Assembly (NCBI GenBank): GCA_964304625.1
Contig: OZ199838.1
Location: 14,324,261 to 14,388,260 of the forward strand
Source: Kudoa neothunni
Taxonomy: Eukaryota > Animalia > Cnidaria
DNA length: 64,000 bases
Reading direction: 5' to 3'
A program made the translations under genes and the position numbers. Below the pieces are notes generated by a model. The model searched no databases, was not told the DNA's origin, and saw only the letters and a list, made by a program, of their open reading frames with translations. Below, in pieces: positions 41,086 through 53,004 of the stretch; the first letter of the stretch is position 1, and each line of letters begins with the position of its first letter.

Positions 41086-43361
41086 ATGGAGGCGCAAAAA
41101 CCGAGTTGGTTCGTAAATATGACCCCTGCATCTGATACTGCTTTTGAGCGTTTGATAGAAATTTTCAAATGTGAAAACTGGTATCAACGTTGCTATACAT
41201 TATCTCTCTAACTGATTATTTTTACTACGAATAGTTCAAATTTGACAGAAATACCCATTTCCGTTGGTTGTGAACATATATTCTGCAGGTAGCAGTTTAT
41301 TTTTTCGGCGATGTCACTCATATCTTTCATAGCAAATGTCTATACAAAGATGGGAAAACTCATTTCGAATTAAAAAGTTGCACATCTTGTGGAACCGATG
41401 TCAATTCGGAGTAAATTTTGTTAGAAAAATTTGAAAAAAATTGTGGTATAGATGTGTCAACGAAAGGGACGATTTAAAAAGAGTGTTTCAAATGCTCAAA
41501 ACTATGCACAAAACTTTAACAGCCCCCAAATGGTATCAGGTTTATATGAGAGTCTCCTCTTGATTCATTTTAGTGGAAAACTTAAACGAAAAATAGATTG
41601 GGAAAAGTCACCCCCTAAAAAGATACCGAAATCAGATTCTCCCATAAAATCATCTATTAAAGTATATATATTTTGTTCTCTTCGCAATAAATATTTATTT
41701 AGTCAACGACAACAACTAAAAAAACAACGGAAAAAGACAGCCTTTTGAGTGGAACAAATTTGAATCAATGCCATGACTGGTTCAAATCTATTATCAGAGT
41801 TATTGATCATACCAATGGAGAAGATATTACTTCTTTGTTTCTGGATCAAATAGTCAATTGTAACATCACTAAACTCCCAATCACATTACAGACCATCAAT
41901 AATGTCGGCGAAAGTATGGAGAATTTGGAAGTGGAGAAAGTTTCCGACACTGATCACACCGCTAAAAAACCACCTACGAAGTTTGTTAAATGTACTCCAA
42001 GGCCCTCAACCACATTACCTGCACCCGAGTTGGTTTCTGACGTTAACCCCACTAGCGATTGTATAAAGACTTCCACTCCAATGGTTCCGTCTCGTTCAAT
42101 TAATCACTCCAAGGGTGAATAGTCCTCCATTAGAATGCCGTATTTATTTTTTATCTTTAGAAAACTCTCAACAGCCATCTATTGCATCTATAATGGAGGT
42201 ATTCCATCTAATTTATTAATGTTGTGTGCATTATTCTTATTTATATTAGGGTGTAGACATAAGTATACCGGTATTAGACAATTCAACCACCTCCAAAACT
42301 CCAACCTATCTCTATTGTATAGTGAAATCTCGGATGAGTAAAAAAATATACGTAAAATGTTCTTCGCCAAATAAGTTAAATTATTGCTCGTTATTACTTG
42401 ATTAGAAACAAGTTTTGCAATTTTGCGACAAATTCCACGTCAAATACAAGGAGGACATCGATGAGGAAGTTACTCATGTGGTTATGCACACAGGTTTTTA
42501 TTTGAATGGATTCAGCAGCTAAAATAATCACCTTCATCTTGACTAGACCCTCAGAAGGTAGTTTTAAGAACAGGTTACACATTCAAGTATCTTATGGGAT
42601 TGGCTTCCAAAAAGATGCTCACTAGTTATCTATGTAAGCTGTCATGTTGAAAATATTTTTTTAAACATATTTTCTTAGGGATTACCGAGTCGCTCTTATG
42701 TGAAAAACTTCTTGATCCGGTATCTTGTTCTCTTTACTTCTGATCCATATACATGATGAATAAAATTGAATCCAACATTTCGTTTTATCTAGAATGACTA
42801 CGAGATTGTTACGGATGGAGTTCAAGTTGAACGATACGTTCCCAAACTCTCTCGTTTGTCGAAGAATAAATTATTCGATGATTATGGCATAGTGGTTTAT
42901 GGAAGTTTTGAAGGTTGTTATTTAAGTTTCGGTAGGGATTTAAATTATAGAGACTCGATTATTTATTCATTTTTAGACAATGTGAGCTCGTTATTGACGC
43001 AGTGTGGTGCACATGTGGAAAATCTACTGGAAATGATTCCCTTTCTTGTGGAAGTATCTTTACAAATGGCCTTGTCCTAATTCGCTTATTTAATGACACT
43101 AGAAATACTCAAAGGTGTATGTTTTGTGTAATTCTGAATTGGCTGCTCAGGAGAAAAGTATATTTCACTCACATCAATCATTATTGTTAAATTTACTTAT
43201 TAGATAAAATTACAGTTAGTTGTGAAAAAAATGATGTGCCATTGTTGGCTTTTGATTGGGCTGTTGAATCGATTGTGTGCCACAAGTCTTTTTTTTTATT
43301 GGTTTCAATAATCACTCATTCTAGATTGGAACCTTTGGACAACTACAAAATTATCATATAG
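41086..43361 (+). CDS. BRCA1/BARD1-like RING + tandem BRCT protein
   Basis: Spliced RING CENC..PISVGCEHIFCSKC..CTSC. BRCT motifs EVTHVVM, TFKYLMGLASKKMLTSYLWITESL, DYEI, LFDDYGIVVYGSF, FDWAVESI. No ankyrin repeats visible. Confidence 0.85.
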
Positions 43362-44022
43362 GGAACCGATTACTTAATTAATTCTAAAAAATATTGTTCA
43401 TTATCTTTTCTAATTTATTATTAGTTTCTTTTGTTTGTGTACAATATATGGCATATCTCGGTCTATAACTTACAGCAATTATTTTCGAATAAATAGTTAA
43501 ATTTCTCAGGCTCTATCTTTTTCGCGTTTACTAAACGCTTGGTTAGAAGATTAATATATTAAATAGATAGACGAATAATGCATTAAATCAATTTGATCCA
43601 AGTCGGTCTGGTAGTCGAAAATATATGTTTGTTATTACTTAGCTTGAATCACTTCGTAGTCTTAAGTTCGAAACATATTTTTGATACTAATTCGGTTTGT
43701 GATATTTTTAAGCAAATTTAAGGAAACTCTTTATTCATCGTTTAACTCGTTGTATTTGAACAATTTCCATTTTCATATAATTCTCATATAAATAGGATGG
43801 CATCATGATACACAAACTTTTTTAGTGGAATCTTAAACTTGGTTCTTTAAAGCTTCCAGGGGATAGATAAGAAAAAATAAGGTTTATGTTTTAAGATTTT
43901 GGATAATTTTTTGAATTCCAAGAAGCAAAATATACAACTAATTTATGACTTTTTAATTTTAGTCACGAATCACAAAATTATTAATTGAGGCCGGGGTTTA
44001 TTCACCCCTGATTTTATTACAA

Positions 44023-47000
44023 CCTCACGAGCGCCTGAAAATCGACTTACATATTCTTTCTCTTGGGGTCCAATCGGCACACATTTTTAAGCCTGAATTA
44101 TGGATAAAAATGTAATAAGTAATTTACTAAAGTATGAGAATAAACTATCGATAAAATATTAAAAAATTTCACAATTATAACGCTGTCGGTCGTTAACGAT
44201 GATTACCGAAAAGATTAAATTAAGCGTCAAATTAAACGAGTTTAGCCTCTTTTTTTAATATAATGATTTTTAACAAAAAAATATATTTCCTAATTAAATA
44301 AATCTTAAAAAATTTTTCCTTCGTAATTAATTTCTTAATAATCATGCTTACTAATACTCGCAATACATATTGTTCCAAAATACATAAAATGCGTGATATT
44401 TATATTGTTTTAGTTTCTGATATTACAGATTATCACGCAAACAACTTTTGAACTGCTTTCATTATAGATGGATCTACAAACAAAACAAAAAGTCCTCGCT
44501 TTTCTGTCTCGAGATCTCGAACATTAACGGCATCACTCACGACAAAGAAATTCTATTATGCAATTATAATTGTTATCAACGCGATTTTGTTTCTCTGAAC
44601 ATATTACTTCGCCAAACCATCTTCAAGCTCTTCTAGAAACTTAACTCTTGAACAATTGGGATTATAGAAAACAGTCATAAAGATAAAATGAATTAACCAA
44701 GTTAATACCAACCATAATGAAGAATACTGCTGTCGACCATCAATTCGTTTACGTTATATACTCGTTGTAGCAATAATATGATCCAATGTTCCAACCCTCC
44801 TTTTTAACGATTATACTCCAGGTTAACAACAGATTTTTTCAGTCTGTATCTTCAACATTTGTAATGAAACGGAGATTGTTAGTAGCAAAACTGGTTTACC
44901 TTTTATAGGAACATAGGAGATTAATATTAGTTTTTGATTAAACCAAAGTGTACTGAAACTTCCCGTTTTGAATTCTTTTTTAGATAATTTGTAATATCTC
45001 TTTTATTATTTCGGATTCTTCCAATTATTCACCATGTAAGAGTTTTTGGGTAATGGAAACAGAAGAAATTTTCACAAATAATATTTCTCCCACTTTCTAT
45101 TAATGATGGAACAAGATCTCCTCAACATTTTCTGACGTTTCATTATTATTTTTATCTAAATACACAGGAAAATTATGAGTATACTTGGTCTCGGGATTGG
45201 TAAGGAAAAAATACTTAACTCGGTATATTGCTGGCTTGGACGGTATGTATATATAAAGCGCGGAGGTAAATTTTCCCTAAAAGCAAATAGCCGCTCACCA
45301 ATGGTCAAACTCTACTGAGGGTAATAAAGTTCGGAACGACTATCTTTCAATCCTTAAAAATATTACAAATAGGAAAAAATCCATCCATGATTCTTCAAGC
45401 TTCGCTGGTTTTGAATTCTTCGAAATGTGAATAAAACTGTTTAACCTTCCGAGCGTCTTTGGGGTCAAATTGATCCCAGTCTATTTTTTTGGAAACGTAA
45501 AAATACATCTACCACATTTCAAATAAAAATATCTTGTTTAAACTAAATCAAATTATAAGAGGATTTTATCCTAGAATATGAAGAATAAACACCAAAAAGA
45601 TGCTCTGCGGAGATTAAAGATTCACAAACATAGACGGGAAAATACATTATGAAAGTGAGTGATTTTGAGTAAGAGTTCTGTTCAAGAAATGATTCCGAAG
45701 CAAGTGAAATAGACGACGGTCTACATTTATTTGATTCAACATCAGGATCCGACAACGAAATAACGCAAATCTCAAAAACAGACAACCTATTCCTCGACAA
45801 AAATGGAATTTCTTGGTCCTTGATTACACTAAAGATCACAAAAACATAAAAGGAAGACATACTTCATCCGACCCCAGGTCTAACTGCCTACACGACATCA
45901 AGAATTAAAGAAATATCGGATACATTCCTGGTATTTTTTGACACTTTATTTTTTTCTAGTGTGATTTCGAACATAAACAAATTTGGAGATTTTTATTGCT
46001 ATAATGAATTGATATCTATAACACTGGAAGAATTTGAGGTTTACCCTGGATTATTAATTTATATGTCCATATTTAAGTCAAAATTAGAGTCCTTAAAATT
46101 ACTTTTGAGTGTTGACAAAGGGAGAAGCATATTCAGAAAAATAATGCCACTCAAAATATTCGTCCAGATATCAAGGTCTATTAATTTTGATGACGTTGGA
46201 AATCATGAAGCAAGACGTGAGTTAAATAAATTTTACCCACATCGAGATATTTTTAATAACTAGAAAGACAGAATTTTTAAAGTAGCTATTCCCGGATAAA
46301 ATTTGACCATCGACGAGCAACTTGTTGCATTTAGAGGTAAATGTTCCTTTAAGCAATATATGTCGTCAAAACCTGATGTTTATGGTACAAAATATACCCA
46401 TAATATATCGGTATACTTGGGAAGAAACAATAGCGAGAGAGCTAAAAATGTTGATGAAAGTGTGGTTTTGGAACTTGTTTCTAATTTAAAAGATAATGGC
46501 AGAACCATTATATTTGATAACTTTTTCAGCTCTATTTCTGTTGCAGAAAAGCTCTTGAATTGGGAGATGACTATGGTTGGTACTATCCGAAGTAACAAGA
46601 GAGACATTCCAGAATATCTAAAGAAAGACCGAAATAGAGAAATAAACAGTTCTAGATTTTTGTTTTACAAAAAATTTGTTTCTTTCGTATACTCAAAAAA
46701 AATAAATCAGCTTTACTTCTAACAACGTCTTCTTGTAATACAAGTGTTGATGATACTATTACTAAAAAACCCGAGGTCATACAGCATTATAATAGGTGCA
46801 AGGGAGGAGACGATACAGTTGACCATATAATTACCACAACTAGCGTTAAACGATATACGAAACGTTGGCCCATTGCAGTTTTTTATAATATCGTTGACGT
46901 AAGTTTAATTAACTCATTCCATATTTATAAGAAATTATTCGTTAACCCTAATTGATCTAGGTTGAAATATTTAGAGATGCCAGAGGACAGTCATGTAAAA

Positions 47001-48340
47001 AATTTTTTGAACACTAATCATGAGAGGATAGAACAAAATATGTCTATGGAGTGTTTATGCCGAAGTAAAAAAAGGTGTTGTCTTTGTCAAAGAAACCACG
47101 ACAATAAAGACCTGTTGGTTCAATTTGTAAGACAAACTGTTGTGAAGAGCACTCAAACGTTATTTGTGTTAAACGTCTTGCCAAATAAGGTAACTTACTT
47201 GGAAACATATATTTACATTTGTCTTGTCCGTTGGTTTAATGTGTTTTTATTCGCAATATGCTCAATGATAAACGAATAATTTCTGTTAGTTTCTGACTAG
47301 TCTACACCATATTTAATGATTTCTCGTATAGTCGTTAATCCGTTCCATATATTTTAATTTCTTCTTAGTTCTCATTAAAAAAGATCAATAATTACAAAAT
47401 TATAAAAAATTAGCGTAAATTTAATGCGTAACACGCCTGGGGGCAATTTGACCCCAAAGAAGGAATGTGTAAAGTCGTTCTTGGGGCGCTTGGAGTGTTA
47501 ATGACAATCTTTCGAAAAATATCCTTTCGCTTTCCAACACTCCAAAGCAATTTGAGGCATTCTAATTTAGGTTTAAAATGGGTATACAATTATGAATTCC
47601 TAAATTAACTAATAAATCACGTTTCGAAAAGTCTTCAAATAATTTTAATAATTAAAATTGGTAAACGTGTTAATGTTTGAAATGGCAGTTGAGAAAATAG
47701 ATTCACCATAAAATATGAGCAATGATCAACTAAGTAGGTGATTCTGTTGGAACCAAGAAATTGAACCCGGATATTTCGAAAAATATTTTGTTTAAAGATT
47801 TTAGTTATATGAACTTTCGTAAAAAACCAATTAACATCACCCTTATCTTTGTAAATGTTTCGGTATCGTTTAATATCTCCAGAATCATTAGAATGATATT
47901 AATATCTAAATTATCAAAATATATCATAAAATTCATTGATATCGGATTCAAATTGATCCAAAATATTACGCTCAGAACCATTTATGGCAGCGTTTTACTC
48001 GTCGATAATGATCGGTATTTATTGTATGCATGGTTTTTTCAATTTTTCTCTGTTTCCTCTCAGTAAAATTTTATTTAATTCTCAAAATTGTTGTAAATTA
48101 TTTTTTTTATTTGGTAGAAAAGAAACGTGGGGTCTATCGAACCCCAAAAGAAGGAATGTGTAAATATTTTGATTATTTCGTTACCTGAATTTATAAATTA
48201 AAATTTTCTGTTATATTTAAAGAGGACTCATATTTGTAGGAGAACTGTTTATATATTAAATCAGCTGATGTAATATAAGGTTCTCTAAAATTTTTTCAAA
48301 CACCCATTGGGATCCAATGGACCCCAAAACGCTCGGGAGG
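44023..48340 (-). mobile_element. outer piggyBac element (degraded minus-strand transposase) split by a nested piggyBac
   Basis: Ends CCTCACGAGCGCC and CGCTCGGGAGG|TTAA. Minus-strand remnants (ERLFAFR, IPSKPAIY, DIFRKI) continue across the inner insertion site. Confidence 0.75.
45445..47497 (+). mobile_element. inner piggyBac element with pseudogenised transposase
   Basis: TTAA TSD (45441-44, 47498-501). Motifs TIDEQLVAFRG, IFDNFF, VGTIRSNK, KGGDDTVD, KRWPIAVFY and a C-terminal Cys-rich region. Internal stops and frameshifts. Confidence 0.92.
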
Positions 48341-48627
48341 TTAAGGTTGAAGTGATTAAATTATCGTTTTATCTTTTAAAAGTATCACATTATATATATA
48401 TATATTATTTTTGTAAAGAATGTATTATATTGTAATTAAAAAAATTTTTTCCAATTTTTGGGGGGTTTTCATTATAAAATTACTCAGCAATACGCACAAA
48501 GTAAATCTTATTTAAATCATAAATATTTAATCGTCTAAATAAATTATCTATTTATTTTACTTATTTTAAATCCTTATATTTAAATATTTATTTCTTAGAC
48601 TTCAAAATTTCAATTAAGTAAAATTGA

Positions 48628-48639
48628 TGCGCGTGCGCA
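48628..48639 (+). promoter_or_regulatory. NRF1 consensus site upstream of DDX51-like gene
   Basis: TGCGCGTGCGCA (reverse complement fits YGCGCAYGCGCR) about 40 bp before the ATG. Confidence 0.5.
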
Positions 48640-48677
48640 CAAACTGATTAAAGACACCCTTAAGAGTACTAACGAAT

Positions 48678-50355
48678 ATGACGGAATTCCAGACTAATAC
48701 AAAACAAATTGAGAATAAGGATCGTAGTTGGGCATGGAGTATTGTAGATGTGGAGGAATCTCCACAGCAAAAGTCACAATCTTATTCTATTGATTATTTG
48801 AGCTCCCATTTAAAATGTGCGGAGACATTGGAAGCGATAGAAAGATTTTTAGGGGCGTCATCTTTGTTTCCTATTCAGTCTAAGTCAATACCGATTGTGA
48901 GTAGATCACTTAACGCGCTAAATTCATCAGATAATTTTTCAACTTATGACATTTGCATATGTGCGCCCACTGGGAGTGGTAAAACGTTGTGTTATGGGAT
49001 TCCGCTGTGTGATCGGTTAGTAGCATGTGACAGTAGTCTGTCAAACGTAGTCCAAAGTGTAGTGCTGGTTCCTACTAAGCTACTAGTCAATCAGGTTGCT
49101 GAGGTGTTTTTTGCGCTGGTGGGTAATCAGTTTCGATCAAAAATTGTGCCCCTCAACGGGTCGAAATCTCTGGAGCAAGATCAACATATGCTAGCATCTA
49201 ACAAGTGATTGAATTTTCCAACACTATCTAATTGCGTGCTTGTTGGATGTTAACTGAGGTCATTTTTAGATCGTTGGCGAATGTGATAATTAGTACACCC
49301 AGCAGATTCTTTGATCATCTTACTTCTGATTCCCTTTCATCTATTGATTTTTCGTTTGTGGATTGTGTGGTATTGGATGAGTGTGACAGATTACTTACAT
49401 CCAAAGATACTACGTGTATTTTTAAAATTTTTAAAATCTTGCACAACTTGAAAAACCTCACAAATGACTATACAATCAACTCTGTGGTGTATCGTCGAGA
49501 AAACCTTCATCCCATATTAAAAATCATGCTTTCAGCCACAATAACCTCGAATATCAATCCTTATATTCAGTTGAAACTGCATAAACCACGCCTTATTCGA
49601 ATACAGACACCTAAAAGTATTTAAATTGATATAGTCGATCAATAAGTTATTGTTCTTCAATAGCGCCATCCGATCTATCGTCATCGCATACTCTAACACC
49701 AAACTTGGATGAGTTCTTTGTGATTGCTGACCTCTCAGTGAAACCTATGATCATTCTAAGATTTGTACTAAAATTCCTCAAGACTGATCATGCTAAAGTT
49801 CTCTGTTTTGTCAACTCTGTAGAAACTGCTACCAGGCAACACTTTTTGATAGTCAGTCTTGGTTTTATGACTTGTATCGTCTAGGTTGTGTTTCCTATTG
49901 AACACCCACAACAAAGTACAGGCTTGTAATATATCCTCCCAACTACCATGGAATCAAAAAAATTATATTATTGACGCATTTCAACAGGGAGAAACCAATG
50001 TTTTGGTGTCTACTGACGCATCGAGTAGAGGCATAGACTTCAAGGATGTGACCTGTGTGATTAATTATGATGCACCCACTCACACCAAAACATACCTTCA
50101 TCGCGTCGGTCGGACTGCTCGGGCCTACCAAAATGGTAACTTATGTTGGATATATGAAGTAGCTCAATGTTGCTGTTAGGAAGCGCTATCACTTTTGTTC
50201 CCCCTGGAGGAAAGGATAAATATTTAGCTGTTATGAGCAAAATTTCGCGTTCCGGTCAACTGAAAGAAATCCACGTAGCAGCGGAACAACTTTCCCCTTT
50301 CGAAACATGGTTTGATGAAGCTCTCGAATTACTCAGTAGTTCACTGAAAAAATGA
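48678..50355 (+). CDS. DDX51: DExD-box RNA helicase, DDX51/Dbp6-like, 5 exons
   Basis: Q motif [52 protein letters not shown]. One GC-AG intron. Confidence 0.8.
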
Positions 50356-51354
50356 CATTTTACGTAGCATTAACTGTAGATTATAAATTTTTGTAATTTT
50401 CTTTATTAAACGATTTTATTTTCGGTTGTTGGTTTTTGTTAAAAATCATGAACCTTTCATAAAAAATGCATATCTGTATATAATTGTAATTACTCGAGTT
50501 ACTCCAGAATATAATAAATCTCTCAATGAAATGTGTAATAGATTTTTGTAAATCCATGAAATCAATATGAACGTTCTATTATTCTCTTCGATTTTTAGTT
50601 TGTCGTAAATTTTGTGTTTAAAATAAGGTATACTTTGAATTTCCTATCGTTTGATTCTTCTATTCGTTGATATAAGCCTCTAAGTAGTATGTGCCCAATT
50701 AGATCTCAGAATTTTTTTAATATTCTTAAGACATCATTTTAATATTTCAAATATCCAAATTTAACAAATTTTAGCTGGACAAGCATGATAATAAATAGAA
50801 ATCTTTATTATTGAGGAGGCGTATCGATTCTTTTGCGAAGTAATGAAGACAACCTTGGCATTTATCACGAAATTATGGCTTAACTGCAACGTATACTGTA
50901 GTTCGACCATAAAACGTCTTAACTTTTTTTTTCAATTAATTTATGATAATTCAAATTTATTTAATACATGTGCAGAATACTTAATTTTATTAGTATTGAA
51001 AGATTTTTAGAAAATTAAGATAATTTTCTAGGTGGCAAAAACTATTCTATAATATAATCTGGAGTTTAATAGACCTCGTAAGCACTCTTAAAGTTTCATG
51101 ACCTGATGAAATAATATACATTATAATTTTAAATAAGACCATAAATAATGATTGAATGTCAGGAGTAGATTTTTAAGTTGATAATTCGTATCAGATGATA
51201 CATTTGGCAGTGTAATAATTCGTCAATAGCTGTATATTATTATTATAGATATTATAAACTTTTTATTAAAATTGATTATGCTTCAAAAATATGATATAGA
51301 TGGATAAGGAGATTTTCTTACTATTAATTGAAGAAAATAGGGCAACAATGTAAC

Positions 51355-51773
51355 ATATTGGCCGTAATCCAAATCAGCGACAACGTACAAAAACGAATCC
51401 GTTGAGTATTTTAATAATGAGTATTGATCAATATTGTGTCATTAGCATGGTATTTTCAGCACACACCATTTGTCGTCACAATAACATTTGCAATAATCTA
51501 TTACCGTACAGAACTCCTAGTTCCCCGCGATTATTTCGACAGGCTATACCGCCAATTAAGTTGGCTCAAGTAAAGCATGCTTTATGTGTTGTAGAATTTA
51601 AGTGGGACAATTCTAATTTTTTGGATTGTCATATTTCATCCTTAGCGATTACTTATTGTTAAATCTGTCTATAAGAAAAGAGAAATCGTATTTTATGCAC
51701 GCATTCGGTGTTCAATTGTAGCAAATGCATAACCATAACATCAAAAATAATATAATGAATGAAAATAAGTCAT
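51355..51773 (-). pseudogene. Cys-rich secreted-protein-like module, copy C
   Basis: Minus-strand single frame with stops: LFLMLWLCICYN*TPNACIKY...NCPT*IL.HIKHALLEP...PVEIIA...FCTVIDYCKCYCDDKWC...KYSTDSFLYVVADLDYGQY. Confidence 0.55.
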
Positions 51774-52919
51774 TCCTGACAAAATATTATAGCATAAATA
51801 TAACGCTAATCTGGGTTTAAAAATATAGGAACAATATTCAAACTAATTATAATATATAATCTGAAAATTCGGCCATTATTCTACATTTCAACCCGAAAAT
51901 AGTTATTGGTTCGGTATAAAAATTAAGTATCACTAATTTTGACTTAATTATTTGTGAATCCCAAGAACAAAAATTTTGGCCAGAAAAAAATTTAATATAA
52001 CAAATTCTATGATTTTTATATTAGTTAATGCTTGTGGGTAAGGGGCGCAGGATTAAAATTGTTCCGCGCGCGTGCGCATATTCAATTAAAAAATCCCTTG
52101 CAAATAAAAACCTTTTTACTAACTATAGATTAAATCACGTAAAAATTTTCGAAAAAACTGTCACTCATAGTGTTAGTGAAAAAAATGCGCCAAATAAAAT
52201 AATAACATCCCAAATGAACGAGGTTACATCAAAAGTTAGAGCTAGAATCCCAAAAAATTATTGTAAATTTTCCAAATGATGTTCTGATTAGTCGTCCTAA
52301 TACTAAAAAATATATTTTATCATTTTTATAAGTTATTCTGCTTGTAAAAGCGCTATAACCTATAGAAAAAGCGAAATCAATATAATTCCCTGCGCATGCA
52401 CCCTTGTAATGGAAAGGGGCGCTATCAGCACTTATATTAAGAAGTATGTTTACTAATTTGTACCATATTCCAAAAAGCTAATTTATTTATAAGTTAAAAA
52501 TATACTAAGCAGTTTTTATGAAATAAGTTGACTGTATTACGATCAATGTAATACTTTGTAATCATTGTAAGTTGAATGGTTCAAATAATCACTTTTTGAT
52601 GTCAATGGGGAATAAACCATAGTAATAGCTTGTAATGACAACAAAAACGATATTATTTAGAGGGATGATTTCATAAAAGTCGATTAGTAATTGTAGTGAC
52701 AATAAATAATGTCACGATATGTAAGTTTATTATGTGGGATACATATTATTAAAATTAAGTATCAATATGAACCTTTGAAATGTTAATTTAGATATCGGTA
52801 ATTCGTGACAACTTTTTAACAACTCTACCCCTTAAAAAATATGAATAGAATTTGCACAATGAAAAATCGATTAGAATTGTTGATCAGCATATAAAATGGT
52901 GATTTAAAGAGATTAAATT

Positions 52920-52934
52920 GGCGGATCGTTTGAA
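52920..52934 (+). promoter_or_regulatory. CDE/CHR (DREAM/E2F) tandem element
   Basis: (TT)GGCGG-ATCG-TTTGAA, the canonical 4-nt spacing, 70 bp upstream of the EXO1 ATG. Confidence 0.6.
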
Positions 52935-53004
52935 GGCGGCTGACAACCTGGTGATCAACGGATACTTTATCGCTAAGCATTATCGATTGAGGGTTATCAC
53001 CAAG

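Noticed and set aside
51402-51662. 86-aa plus-strand ORF
   Set aside because: Not open in the homologous copy. Conserved peptide blocks lie on the opposite strand.
51355-51773. Stop-codon reassignment suggested by many in-frame TAA/TAG
   Set aside because: Intact genes in the window end in TAA/TAG/TGA and their long exons have no internal stops. The copies also have frameshifts, so this is decay.
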